A stretch of 64,000 nucleotides of DNA from an archaeon (GCA_018657065.1 JABHXU010000008.1:6308-70307); one strand, 5' to 3'; shown: positions 49,612 through 59,834, counted from the first letter of the stretch. Numbers and translations are program-made. The notes: generated from the letters alone by a model not told the origin.

Positions 49612-49839
49612 ATGGAAAACCAACAAAGGCCTTTAGATGCCTTAAACCAAGCAAGAAACAAAAGAGTCATTTTAGACTTAAAAAACGGTAAACAATTAAT
49701 CGGAGATTTAAAAGCATTCGATATTCACATCAACGTAGTTTTAGAAAATTGCGAAGAAAGAGTGGATGGCGAAGTTAAAAGAAAATTAGGTAAAGTCTTT
49801 GTTAGAGGAGACACAATTATCATAATTTCAACTGAGTAA
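49612..49839 (+). CDS. Sm-like archaeal protein (Lsm)
   Basis: [24 protein letters not shown]. Confidence 0.93.
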   Translation: MENQQRPLDALNQARNKRVILDLKNGKQLIGDLKAFDIHINVVLENCEERVDGEVKRKLGKVFVRGDTIIIISTE

Positions 49840-49841
49840 AA

Positions 49842-50024
49842 ATGTCAAAAGGAACTGCATCCCACGGAAAGAAATCTGGAAAAAAGACACATATTAGATG
49901 TAGAAGATGTGGAAACAAAACTTATCATATGAGAGATAGTGTCTGTAGTTCTTGTGGATATGGTAAATCCTCAAAAACAAGATCTTATGCTTGGCAAAAG
50001 AAAAAATTACTTACTCATTCTTAA
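49842..50024 (+). CDS. rpl37e: 50S ribosomal protein L37e
   Basis: [14 protein letters not shown]...CSSCGYG; follows Lsm as usual in archaea. Confidence 0.95.
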   Translation: MSKGTASHGKKSGKKTHIRCRRCGNKTYHMRDSVCSSCGYGKSSKTRSYAWQKKKLLTHS

Positions 50025-50092
50025 TTTTTTTATTAATTTTTATAGCAAAATATTTAAAACAATCATTGTTCTTCCTGAATTATTCTTAGCAT

Positions 50093-50176
50093 GCGGAGTT
50101 GCCGGAGCGGTCAAACGGGATAGGCTTAGGACCTATTAGCTTAGTGCTTACGCAGGTTCGAATCCTGCACTCCGCA
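50093..50176 (+). tRNA. tRNA-Leu(TAG)
   Basis: Acceptor GCGGAGT/ACTCCGC-A; ATAGG-CT-TAG-GA-CCTAT; long variable arm; GGTTCGAATCC. Confidence 0.93.
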
Positions 50177-50271
50177 TATTTTTAAATAAAATTTCTCTAG
50201 GATTTAAACGATCATTTATTAAAAAATTCAAAGATAAACTTAATATGCAATGATAACTTTTGTATATATTT

Positions 50272-50637
50272 ATGTCACGTTATCCTAAAATTTCTAATAC
50301 GCCAAATAAATTTGATAGTCTAGGAAATAAACTTTGCAGAAATTGCGAAAATAAAATTGCAGAAAATAGAAGACATTATTGTTCTAAAAAATGTATGAAT
50401 GAGTTTAATAGAAACAATTCTTGGTTTTGGGTTAGAAAAGATGTTCTTAGAAGAGATAGATATACTTGTCAGATATGCAAAAACCGAATGAGAAAAATAT
50501 TTCTTGATGTTGATCATATAATTCCTATAAATATGGCAACTCATCGCAATCCTTATGACAAAAACAATCTTAGAACACTTTGCAAAGAATGTCATAAAGC
50601 AAAAACTAAATTAGATAGAGAAGTATTTTCAAATTAA
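50272..50637 (+). CDS. HNH endonuclease with N-terminal zinc finger
   Basis: CRNC..YCSKKC; RDRYTCQIC, VDHIIP, NLRTLCKECH; ATG 50272. Confidence 0.88.
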   Translation: MSRYPKISNTPNKFDSLGNKLCRNCENKIAENRRHYCSKKCMNEFNRNNSWFWVRKDVLRRDRYTCQICKNRMRKIFLDVDHIIPINMATHRNPYDKNNLRTLCKECHKAKTKLDREVFSN

Positions 50638-51468
50638 TTATTTCTTAATCTCCTTCTCAAACTCTTCAAAGTTCATACAAATTTCACTGGCAAACTGATA
50701 CATAACATCCCATCTTGTTTCAGGTTCCTTATCAAATAAAATATAACCTTTATTTCCTACACCAACTGCATAGCCAAGCTCAAGATGACCTAATTTGCTT
50801 CCTGGCTGATAAAGAATTGTTATTCCACATTCTTTTAAAAGTTTAGGATCAAAATCCTTTGGACCAAGTTTATGCCAATCTTCAATCACATCAAAACCAT
50901 ATCCTCTTATCTTTTCAGCCATTTTCGAAGCTTTTTTTATTGTTTCCTCGCTTGTTACATCTCCAATCAAACAAATTTTCTTTTTGTCTCCAGAATGAGT
51001 TAATTTGTCTTCAGATAAAATTTTATTCTTTGAATTTTCAAGTTCTAATTTAAGTTCATTTTCTAATTCAGTCACGCTAGAAACAACTTTTTTAGGTAAT
51101 TTGTAAATTACTTCTCTTTTAGTAGAATCATCATCAAATAATACATAGCCTCTTTTTCCTTGACCTATTGCATAGCCTAATTCAAGATGTCCTGATTTAC
51201 CACAGGGCATATACATTACAACAGCGTCACTTCTATCAATATGAAATTTATCAAATTCAAACACATGAGTTGCTGACCAATCTTTTAATGCTTCTCTATA
51301 TGTCAACCCTCTTAATTTAGAATATTTTTTCCAAAAATCATCTGCTTCAGGTCCAGGTGAAATCCATGAATCAAATATTTCCACTCCTGGAAATTGCTTT
51401 CTTAGATGATTTGATAAATCAATAACTTTCCAATTTTTTAAACTTCCAATAATATAAACAGTTTTCAT
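50638..51468 (-). CDS. Tandem nucleoside 2-deoxyribosyltransferase-like domains
   Basis: VYIIGSL...D..HIDRSDAVV...SGHLELGYA and a second LGHLELGYA; GGAGG SD before ATG 51468. Confidence 0.75.
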   Translation of the reverse strand: MKTVYIIGSLKNWKVIDLSNHLRKQFPGVEIFDSWISPGPEADDFWKKYSKLRGLTYREALKDWSATHVFEFDKFHIDRSDAVVMYMPCGKSGHLELGYAIGQGKRGYVLFDDDSTKREVIYKLPKKVVSSVTELENELKLELENSKNKILSEDKLTHSGDKKKICLIGDVTSEETIKKASKMAEKIRGYGFDVIEDWHKLGPKDFDPKLLKECGITILYQPGSKLGHLELGYAVGVGNKGYILFDKEPETRWDVMYQFASEICMNFEEFEKEIKK

Positions 51469-51496
51469 ATTGTCGCCTCCTATCATAGAATTTTAA

Positions 51497-54400
51497 TTAA
51501 TAATCTTTCAATATATCAAAAATAACATTGTAACTTGGGTTATCCCATGTACTTCCACCGAATGCTCTAAGTGTTGCCTCAGCTTGAGAATGAGACCAGC
51601 CTAAATTTTTCATGCCATAATACCCAACAAACATTCCAGTTCTATGAACTCCATATGTACAATGTACATATGATTTTTGACCAGAAGATGCAATGTTAAT
51701 TGCATTTCTAACTCTACTGATTAATTCTGCTTCAGCTGCACTTTCTCTAGGATATCTAATATAACCTCCTAATGCAATACATGTATGGCTTAAACCTGCT
51801 GCTTGCGCATTTGCAGCTGCATTAGGATCTTCACAAGCCAAGTCAACAATAGTTGTAAATCCTTGTTCTTTTAATGTTAGAAAATCATCTGCATTAGGTT
51901 GTCCACCTACAAAAATTGAACTTGTTAAGGACCTATAAGTTAACCACATGTCACTATTACCACTACCACCTCCACCTAACCCTAATCCCCCCATAGTTCC
52001 TGAAGCAGATCCTCCACTAACACCAACACCTAAATGATTAGCTACACCTCTTTCACCACCAGGATCTGATGGTGTGTTTACAAGTAACGGTGTTCCTCCT
52101 TGATCAGCAACTAAAGTTGTTGAACCTCCTCCATCCATATTAACTCCATGTGTTGCTTTATGATGAACAAATATTTCTCCTAATTCTCTTAAATTTACTC
52201 CTTCACTACTTTCTGCTCCTCTACCATTAACAACAACGATATACATTAAATCATTTTTTTCATCTAATCCAATACCTGTTCTTGGATCAGCTACTGCGTG
52301 CCCATCTTCAATCTTATCAGGACTAAATCTATCTAAAACCCCATTTTCATCTGAAACTGTTTGAAAACCTGTAACTGCATGATAAGGGTCAACAGAATTA
52401 CCAAATCCAACTTTATTTTCTTTACTTGCAACAAAGGTAGCATCATTAATTTTAAGATCAGGACTTGAATATACATCACCAGATGACATTGCATAATATC
52501 CTACATTCTCATTCCCTCCACCATATTCAAAACCTCCACCATTAATAGCTAATACTAAATCATTAACTGGTCCGTACATAGATAAAAATTGTGATGTTTG
52601 CATTAATGTTTCTTGTCTAGGTGTAACAAAAAAATTTGGATCTTTTGTTAAGTCAATTTTTACAACATAATAAACAACGTGTCTAGGAATATCAATTTCT
52701 GGATTAACTGAATTATCAACTTTTTTCATCTCAATTCCAGGATATAATTCTTGGAAATCACCTGGAGGTATATCTAAAAATCCACCTGTTCCTCCACCTA
52801 ACTCTGAAAATCCGCCTCCTCCATCTGAATTTAAATCATCTGGATTTCCTGATACAGATATTCCTTCTCCTTTAAAATGTAAGTAACCTGAGGCATAAGC
52901 TTTTTGATCTTTATTTAAATTTTCAACTTCAACTATTAACGTGTTTTCGTTAGCAACCAATTCACCTTTAGAATTTCCTTCTAAACTCCAACTACATTTA
53001 TCTTCTTTACTACAATCTCCAGTAGCTTCACTAAGGGATTTTAAAGTCTTATCTTCTTTACCTATCACATACCAACTATCAACACATGCATCACCACCAT
53101 CTTTAAGATCAATTATAAATTTTCCAGAACCTCCAACATCTTCAAAACTTGGATAACCATAAGTGTAAGGAGTTGCAAAAAATCTAGTTTCTTTTTCAAG
53201 AGTTCCTTTAATATTTTTATCATCTTCTATTGGTTCATACGAAATTGAATCGGATGGAATATCACAAACATTTCCTGTACATGATAAAGATGTACCACCT
53301 ATAAACATATTTTCATAACTAAGAAGCATTTTATCAATTGGACTATACCACCAAGATGGATTTTTAATTGCAGACAAACTCTCAGAACTACAAGAGTCAA
53401 GACCATAGTAACATTCTAAAAGAGCTTCACCTAAAGTTAAACAAGAATTCCTACATGTGTCATCTCCTGAAATAGTATATACTTCTTTTGTGTCTTCATC
53501 CCAATCTTTAATCATACTATCACAAGTTCCCTTATAATTATATATCATTGAATCATCATATTTAGTACATGATGCATTTCCCATAGCTTCAGGAATTAAA
53601 TGCAATCCTTCCGGATTTTCTCCAGTATCTGGATTATTTCTCCAATACGTGTCTTCTGAAGGTTTAATTAAATGTCTATATACATATCCCATAAAATATG
53701 GTTCAGGTTTAGTTGATCCACCACAAGTCACAACAGCCATAGGTGTAAAATGTGAAACTTGAGCACTATAATAATAATAATTTTCATCTTCATCAAATCC
53801 CAAGCTTGGATATGTTCTCCATATATCTCCTAATTCATCATAATAAGCTATTTGTGGTGCAATTTTGGGATATGCTAAAGGTAATTCTTCTTTTCTTAAT
53901 CCAATAGTAACTTTTAATGGAGGATCAAATATTGCTCCACTAGGAAGCCCTTCATAAACAATATTTCCTAAAACAACTTCATTACTTAATTCGTTAAAAT
54001 TTTTATCAAGTAAATTAAATGCAATTTTTTCAATAGGTTTTCCATTTTCATCAATAGCAACAGTATCTTCACTAACTGACACAACCATATTTTCATCACT
54101 AGAAAAAAATGTAGATCCTGCAGAGATTGATCCCTCAATTTTAAAACTACTCAATCGTTTTAAAGAATATTGAAATTCTTCAATTTCTACTGAAGTATTA
54201 TTTCTAAAAATTTTAACTGGAAAATTTAGATCAACAAAAACAACTTCTTCATTAATCAAAACATTTGATGATGGTTTTCCGTATTCAACATTATAATCTT
54301 TAATAAATGAAAAATTTCCAACACATGAAACTAATTTTAAATCTACATAAGAAGCAACAGCATTTTCTGAATTAAAACCAAACAATTCAACAGCATTTGT

Positions 54401-54574
54401 TGTAGTATGATCTAAGCAAGTATCAATATAATATTTAGTATTTGTTTTTTCTAAAGATAACCCTTCACTAGGTGCTTCAACCCCTCTAGGAAGTTTATAA
54501 GCTAAGAATGACACTGAAATTAAGATAATAAATCCAATTAAAACAAAAATTGAAATACTATGAGCCCTACCCAT
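51497..54574 (-). CDS. Large membrane-anchored protein with phosphodiester glycosidase (NAGPA-like) and C-terminal CX5R phosphatase domains
   Basis: N-terminal TM; AINGGGF, DPRTGIG, VNGR, NMDGGGST; GGQP...YVHCTYGVHRTG. Confidence 0.8.
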   Translation of the reverse strand: MGRAHSISIFVLIGFIILISVSFLAYKLPRGVEAPSEGLSLEKTNTKYYIDTCLDHTTTNAVELFGFNSENAVASYVDLKLVSCVGNFSFIKDYNVEYGKPSSNVLINEEVVFVDLNFPVKIFRNNTSVEIEEFQYSLKRLSSFKIEGSISAGSTFFSSDENMVVSVSEDTVAIDENGKPIEKIAFNLLDKNFNELSNEVVLGNIVYEGLPSGAIFDPPLKVTIGLRKEELPLAYPKIAPQIAYYDELGDIWRTYPSLGFDEDENYYYYSAQVSHFTPMAVVTCGGSTKPEPYFMGYVYRHLIKPSEDTYWRNNPDTGENPEGLHLIPEAMGNASCTKYDDSMIYNYKGTCDSMIKDWDEDTKEVYTISGDDTCRNSCLTLGEALLECYYGLDSCSSESLSAIKNPSWWYSPIDKMLLSYENMFIGGTSLSCTGNVCDIPSDSISYEPIEDDKNIKGTLEKETRFFATPYTYGYPSFEDVGGSGKFIIDLKDGGDACVDSWYVIGKEDKTLKSLSEATGDCSKEDKCSWSLEGNSKGELVANENTLIVEVENLNKDQKAYASGYLHFKGEGISVSGNPDDLNSDGGGGFSELGGGTGGFLDIPPGDFQELYPGIEMKKVDNSVNPEIDIPRHVVYYVVKIDLTKDPNFFVTPRQETLMQTSQFLSMYGPVNDLVLAINGGGFEYGGGNENVGYYAMSSGDVYSSPDLKINDATFVASKENKVGFGNSVDPYHAVTGFQTVSDENGVLDRFSPDKIEDGHAVADPRTGIGLDEKNDLMYIVVVNGRGAESSEGVNLRELGEIFVHHKATHGVNMDGGGSTTLVADQGGTPLLVNTPSDPGGERGVANHLGVGVSGGSASGTMGGLGLGGGGSGNSDMWLTYRSLTSSIFVGGQPNADDFLTLKEQGFTTIVDLACEDPNAAANAQAAGLSHTCIALGGYIRYPRESAAEAELISRVRNAINIASSGQKSYVHCTYGVHRTGMFVGYYGMKNLGWSHSQAEATLRAFGGSTWDNPSYNVIFDILKDY

Positions 54575-54689
54575 ACATAATTTCAGAAGGTTTCTACTAT
54601 ATAAATTTTAGCAATATTTATAAACAAAAGTTGATTCTTTTAAGGAAGAGAGAGAAGAAACTGGAAGTTTGTTTCTCAGTGGCGGATTA

Positions 54690-55052
54690 ATGAAAGGAAA
54701 ACCACTATTACCTGTACTTCGTACAAAGAAAAGATATATTGTCTATGAAACAATATCAAGAACTAAAACCAAACACAATGAAGTAGTTAATGCGATAATA
54801 GAATCACATAAAAATTGTTTTGGAATGTTTGGACTCGGTAATGCAGGAATAATGGACACTAAAATATTTAAAGAAAATAAAGGAATATTAAAGGTCAATA
54901 ATAAATACTTAAATGATCTTAAAACATCAATTGCTATGATAAATAATATAAATGGAAAAGAAGTCATAGTAAATATTATACTTGTATCGGGGAAAATAAA
55001 TAAAACAAAATTAATGGTTAACAGAGGATATGAAAAGCAACAAACACGTTGA
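54690..55052 (+). CDS. rnp2: RNase P protein component Pop5/Rpp14
   Basis: LPVLRTKKRYIVY, FGMFG, VSGKINK; position before psmA. Confidence 0.82.
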   Translation: MKGKPLLPVLRTKKRYIVYETISRTKTKHNEVVNAIIESHKNCFGMFGLGNAGIMDTKIFKENKGILKVNNKYLNDLKTSIAMINNINGKEVIVNIILVSGKINKTKLMVNRGYEKQQTR

Positions 55053-55097
55053 TTACCTTTTCAGTACACCTCATAAAAACACTCGGAGGACAATAAA

Positions 55098-55817
55098 ATG
55101 CAACCACTACAACATCAAATGATGGGATATGATAGAGCAATTACAATGTTTAGTCCTGATGGTAGATTACTACAGGTTGAATATGCAAAAAAAACAGTCA
55201 GACAAGGAAGTACTGCTATAGGAATAACATGCCAAGATGGAGTTGTTCTTGTAACAGATAAACGAATTGTTGATAAATTAATTGTACCTAAATCAGTTGA
55301 AAAAATTTGGCAAATTGATTCTCATATTGGTGCAACAGCATCAGGTATTATTAGTGATGCCAGAGTTCTTATCGAAAGATCTCAACTTCAAGCTCAACAA
55401 CATAGAGTTACATATGACTCACCAATTGACATTATTTCAATTGTTAGAGACATTGCAAACTTAAAACAATTAACAACTCAATCTGGTGGATACAGACCTT
55501 TTGGTGTATCTTTACTAATTGCAGGTGTTGATAATGGAAAAGCAAAATTATATGAGACAGACCCAACTGGAATTTATTTCCAATATAAAGCCTGTGTAAT
55601 AGGTGAAGCTGAACCTGAAGTAGAAGAAATACTAAATAAAGATTACAAAGAATCTATGAAAATGGATGAAGGATTTAAGTTAGCAATTAAAGCACTTAAA
55701 AAATCACTTGACAAAAACTTTGATCCAGAAAGAATAGATGCAGCTTACGTTTCAAATAAAGATCAGAAATTTAGTAGGCTAACAAAAAACGAAATTATGA
55801 ACTACATGAAAAAATGA
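55098..55817 (+). CDS. psmA: Proteasome alpha subunit
   Basis: GYDRAITMFSPDGRLLQVEYA, RPFGVSLL. Confidence 0.97.
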   Translation: MQPLQHQMMGYDRAITMFSPDGRLLQVEYAKKTVRQGSTAIGITCQDGVVLVTDKRIVDKLIVPKSVEKIWQIDSHIGATASGIISDARVLIERSQLQAQQHRVTYDSPIDIISIVRDIANLKQLTTQSGGYRPFGVSLLIAGVDNGKAKLYETDPTGIYFQYKACVIGEAEPEVEEILNKDYKESMKMDEGFKLAIKALKKSLDKNFDPERIDAAYVSNKDQKFSRLTKNEIMNYMKK

Positions 55818-56527
55818 AATCATTCAAAACATTCGACAAGGAAAAAGTATCTTTCAACTTAGCTAAGCTAAAAAAAGGCGGAGAAATGTTTGAAGTAATT
55901 ATTGATCCTGACAAAATCCTTGAGTTCAAAAAAGGAAAACTTAAAGCAAAAGAATCTGTAATGTATGAAAAAGTTTTTTTTGATGCAAAAAAAGGTTTAG
56001 AAGCTTCAAGCGAAATAATGAACAAAGTGTTTAACACAGAGAATGTAGTTGAAGTAATTGATGTAATACTTAATGACGGTGAAATTCAATTCACTCAAGA
56101 GTATAGAGAGGAAAAACAAAAAGAAAAGTTTAATAGAATTTTAGAGATTATTTCTAGAAATGCTATTGACGCAAAAACAGGACTACCTCATCCAAGAAAT
56201 AGAATAGAAAGTGCTATGGAAGAGGCTCGTGTTAAAATTGATGTATTTAAAGACGCAGAAGAACAAGTTGATGACATTGTTCATAAACTTAAACCAATTA
56301 TTCCTATAAAACTTGCAATGAAAGAAATTCAAATAAAAATTCCAGCTCAATATACTGGGACTGCATATGGAGTTGTTTCAAAGTATGGAAAAATATTAAT
56401 GGATAACTGGTTAAATGATGGATCATGGCTATGTTCTGTTGAAATTCCAGCTGGAATTCAAAATGATTTTTTTGATGCATTAAATAGATTAACACAAGGT
56501 ACAGTTGAGTCCAAAGTTTTAAGATAA
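55814..56527 (+). CDS. Ribosome maturation factor SBDS
   Basis: GEIQFTQEYR, TGLPHPRNRIE, EIPAG. Confidence 0.93.
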   Translation: MKSFKTFDKEKVSFNLAKLKKGGEMFEVIIDPDKILEFKKGKLKAKESVMYEKVFFDAKKGLEASSEIMNKVFNTENVVEVIDVILNDGEIQFTQEYREEKQKEKFNRILEIISRNAIDAKTGLPHPRNRIESAMEEARVKIDVFKDAEEQVDDIVHKLKPIIPIKLAMKEIQIKIPAQYTGTAYGVVSKYGKILMDNWLNDGSWLCSVEIPAGIQNDFFDALNRLTQGTVESKVLR

Positions 56528-56588
56528 CTCAGAATCAAAAGATTCTGTGGGATCTGAAAATTCGAGCAAAGCTCAAATTTAAAGATAA
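56521..56588. repeat. Double-hairpin insertion between SBDS and rrp4 flanked by AAGATAA direct repeats
   Basis: CAGAATC-AAAA-GATTCTG and GAGC-AAA-GCTC hairpins; AAGATAA at 56521-56527 and 56582-56588. Confidence 0.6.
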
Positions 56589-56602
56589 ATTATGGTGAAA
56601 AA

Positions 56603-57304
56603 ATGGAAAAAGGAAAACTATTAATCAAAGATAAAGAAGTAGTAGTCCCTGGAGAAGTATTGGCACAAGGTATGTCTTATTTACCTAGCCAAGGCACTTA
56701 CAGAAAGGGAAACGATGTTATTGCCTCAAAATTAGGCTTAGCAAGAGTAGAAGGAAATGTTGTTAAAATCATTCCAGTATCTGGGAGATACCTACCAAAA
56801 AAAGGAGATGTGATCATTGCAAAAGTCACAGACATCAATATTGCTGGATGGACTGTTGATACAAATTCAGCATATAGAGCTATGCTATCAATGAAAGATG
56901 CCACATCTGATTTTATTAGAAGAGGTTCTGATCTAACAAGATATTTTGACATTGATGATTACATGGTTACAAAAATATTTAACGTAACCAGTCAAAATTT
57001 AGTTGATTTAACAATGAAAGGACCTGGTTTAAAAAAACTTGAAGGTGGAAGAATAATGACTGTAAGTCCTTCAAAAGTTCCTAGAATTATAGGAAAACAA
57101 GGTTCAATGGTCAGTATGATCAAACAAGCAACTAGTTGCAACATAATTGTTGGACAAAATGGAGTTGTTTTTGTAAAAGGAATTAATCCTGAAGATGAAA
57201 TTTTGACTGTCAAAACAATCAAAAAAATCGAAGAAGAAAGCCATGTTGCTGGATTAACTGATAAAATCAAAGAATTCCTTGATAAAAAGAGTAAGAAAAG
57301 GTGA
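56603..57304 (+). CDS. rrp4: Exosome RNA-binding protein Rrp4
   Basis: VVPGEVLA, YLPKKGDVII, KVPRIIGKQGSM, IVGQNG. Confidence 0.95.
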   Translation: MEKGKLLIKDKEVVVPGEVLAQGMSYLPSQGTYRKGNDVIASKLGLARVEGNVVKIIPVSGRYLPKKGDVIIAKVTDINIAGWTVDTNSAYRAMLSMKDATSDFIRRGSDLTRYFDIDDYMVTKIFNVTSQNLVDLTMKGPGLKKLEGGRIMTVSPSKVPRIIGKQGSMVSMIKQATSCNIIVGQNGVVFVKGINPEDEILTVKTIKKIEEESHVAGLTDKIKEFLDKKSKKR

Positions 57305-58021
57305 ATGATTAAAATGGCTTATAAAAAAAGATTAGATGGTAGAAAATTTGATGAGCTAAGACCAATAACAGCAGAAGTTGGTGTTATCCCTAATGCGATT
57401 GGTTCTGCATATTTTAAGATTGGTAAAACTGGAGCTTACGCTGCAGTATATGGACCTAGAGATTTATATCCTAGATTCTTAAAAAATCCTAAAAGAGGAG
57501 TCTTAAGATGTAATTACAATATGATGCCTTTTTCGGGCGCTGGTGACAGAGTCAGACCTGGTACAAGTAGAAGAAGTAAAGAAATTAGTTTAGTAACTAA
57601 TCAAGCTTTACTACCTGTTGTTAACCTAGATGATTTTCCTAACTCAGTTGTTGATGTTTTTGTTGAACTAAATGAAACTGATGCAGGATCCAGATGTGCT
57701 GGAATTTGTGCAGCTTCTATGGCTTTAGCAGATGCAGGAATTGAAATGAAGGATTTAGTTGGTGCAATCAGTATTGGTATTGTAGACGGACAAGTAGTTC
57801 TTGATTTAGATTACCAAGAAGAAGCATATAAAGACGGTCATGTAGCTGATGTTCCTATGGCCTATATCCCTAGCATGGACAAAATTTCATTATTACAATG
57901 TGATGGAAGAATCAAAAAAGATGATTTGCTTAAAGGTTTAGAAATGGGTAAAAAAGCAGCTAAACAATTAATTGAAATCCAAAAAAAAGCATTAAAAGCT
58001 AAATTTGAGGTGCCAAAATGA
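57305..58021 (+). CDS. rrp41: Exosome exonuclease Rrp41
   Basis: RLDGRKFDELRPI, VYGPR, RRSKEIS, DAGSRCA. Confidence 0.95.
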   Translation: MIKMAYKKRLDGRKFDELRPITAEVGVIPNAIGSAYFKIGKTGAYAAVYGPRDLYPRFLKNPKRGVLRCNYNMMPFSGAGDRVRPGTSRRSKEISLVTNQALLPVVNLDDFPNSVVDVFVELNETDAGSRCAGICAASMALADAGIEMKDLVGAISIGIVDGQVVLDLDYQEEAYKDGHVADVPMAYIPSMDKISLLQCDGRIKKDDLLKGLEMGKKAAKQLIEIQKKALKAKFEVPK

Positions 58022-58791
58022 ACAAAGGCAAAAGAGATCACGTTATTCACTATCTAAATAATAATATTAGATATGATGGAAGAAAAAAAGAAGAATACAG
58101 AGAAATCTCTGTTGAAACAGGAGTTATTAGAACAGCTGAAGGTTCTGCTCGAGTTAAATTTGGTGAAACTGAAGTTATAGCAGGAGTTAAATTTGAAGTT
58201 GGAAAACCTTATCCAGATAGTCCTGATGCAGGTACTATGATGGTAAACGCAGAACTTATTCCTATGAGTAGTCCAGATTTTGAATCAGGTCCTCCAGGAA
58301 TTGTTGCTATTGAACTTGCAAGAGTTGTTGATAGAGGAATTCGAGAGTCTGGAGCAATTGACTTTAAAAAACTCTGTATTAAACATGGAGAACTCGTTTG
58401 GACAATTATAGTTGATATTGTACCTGTTAATGCATTTGGGAATTTATTTGATGTTGCTTCATTAGCTGTTATGTCAGCAATTAAAAACGCCAAATTTCCT
58501 GAACTTGATGGGGAAAAAATTGATTACAAAAAATTAACTAAAAATAGTATTCCTATGGAAGAAGAACCAATTTCAGTAACTGTTCTTAAAATTGGAGACC
58601 ATTTAATAGTTGATCCAATTCCTGATGAGGAAAAAGTCCTTGACGCAAGACTTACTGTTGCAACATTAAAAGATGAAACAATTGTAGCTATGCAAAAAGG
58701 TGGAGAATTGTCTTTGTCAACCGAAGATATTAAAAGTATGATTGAAATCTCAATCAAAAAAGCAAAGGAAATTCGAAAATTCCTAAAATAA
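58018..58791 (+). CDS. rrp42: Exosome subunit Rrp42
   Basis: RYDGRK, AEGSARV, FESGPP, ELARVVDRGIRES, MQKGG. Confidence 0.95.
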   Translation: MNKGKRDHVIHYLNNNIRYDGRKKEEYREISVETGVIRTAEGSARVKFGETEVIAGVKFEVGKPYPDSPDAGTMMVNAELIPMSSPDFESGPPGIVAIELARVVDRGIRESGAIDFKKLCIKHGELVWTIIVDIVPVNAFGNLFDVASLAVMSAIKNAKFPELDGEKIDYKKLTKNSIPMEEEPISVTVLKIGDHLIVDPIPDEEKVLDARLTVATLKDETIVAMQKGGELSLSTEDIKSMIEISIKKAKEIRKFLK

Positions 58792-58793
58792 AA

Positions 58794-59015
58794 ATGAAAT
58801 ACACAAAATACGAAAAAGCCAGGATGATTGGTGCTAGAGCACTACAATTATCAATGGGTGCTCCTTTTATGATTAAAATTAGCAAAAAAGAACTAGCAGA
58901 GGTTAAATTTAACCCTGTTAGAATTGCTACATTAGAATTTAATAAAGGTGCATTGCCTATTAATGTACTAAGATCACATCCTGACACAAGAGTAAAACAG
59001 GAAGTTCAAGGTTAA
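58794..59015 (+). CDS. rpoK: RNA polymerase subunit K (Rpo6)
   Basis: YTKYEKARMIGARALQLSMGAP. Confidence 0.95.
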   Translation: MKYTKYEKARMIGARALQLSMGAPFMIKISKKELAEVKFNPVRIATLEFNKGALPINVLRSHPDTRVKQEVQG

Positions 59016-59047
59016 ATTTATTAAAATTTTTATTTTTTATATTTACT

Positions 59048-59809
59048 ATGAACGCACTAATAGTTTACCACAATAAAAATAGTATTATTCTACCTTATAT
59101 TATTTCAAAATTTCCTAAATATACTGCTAAATCTAGAGTAAAATTAACTATTGATGATTATAAAAATAAAGAAATAATTATTGTTATAGGTGGTGATGGA
59201 ACTTTTTTAAGAGCAAGTCATCTAAATACCAACATTCCAATGTTTGGTATCAATCCTAAACCTCATAGAAAGGTTGGATTTTTTACAAGAGCTAATAACT
59301 TAAATTTTAAAAAAAAAATTGAATTAATTCTAAAAAATGATTTTTTTATAACTAAAACACTCAGATTAGAAGCAAAAATTAATGATCAATTGATTAAAGA
59401 TTTATGCTTAAATGAAATATATGTAGGGCATCATAAACCATATTATATGTTTAATTATGATTTGTCCATTAATAAAAAAACTGAGTTTCAGAGAAGTTCA
59501 GGTGTATTGATTGGAACTCCAAGTGGATCTCATGCTTGGATTGCTTCAGCTGGTGGGAAAAAATTAAATATTAAATCTAGAAAATATCAATTAATTGCTA
59601 GAGAACCTTACATTAGTAGATTGACATCTAATTATAATTTAACTAAATTAAATCTAGTTGAAAAAGATATTGTTAAAATTAAATGTAAAACTAAAAGTGT
59701 TTTAGTTATGGATTCAATTGGAAAAGTTCATAAATTAAACCCAAAAGATATTGTTGAAATTTCTGTATCAAAACACGATTTAAAAATAATCTCTTTTCAA
59801 AAATCTTAA
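59048..59809 (+). CDS. nadK: NAD(+) kinase
   Basis: GGDGTFLRA, LNE, GTPSGSHAW..SAGG. Confidence 0.88.
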   Translation: MNALIVYHNKNSIILPYIISKFPKYTAKSRVKLTIDDYKNKEIIIVIGGDGTFLRASHLNTNIPMFGINPKPHRKVGFFTRANNLNFKKKIELILKNDFFITKTLRLEAKINDQLIKDLCLNEIYVGHHKPYYMFNYDLSINKKTEFQRSSGVLIGTPSGSHAWIASAGGKKLNIKSRKYQLIAREPYISRLTSNYNLTKLNLVEKDIVKIKCKTKSVLVMDSIGKVHKLNPKDIVEISVSKHDLKIISFQKS

Positions 59810-59834
59810 ATACTCGTTTTCTAAATTAATAGTT

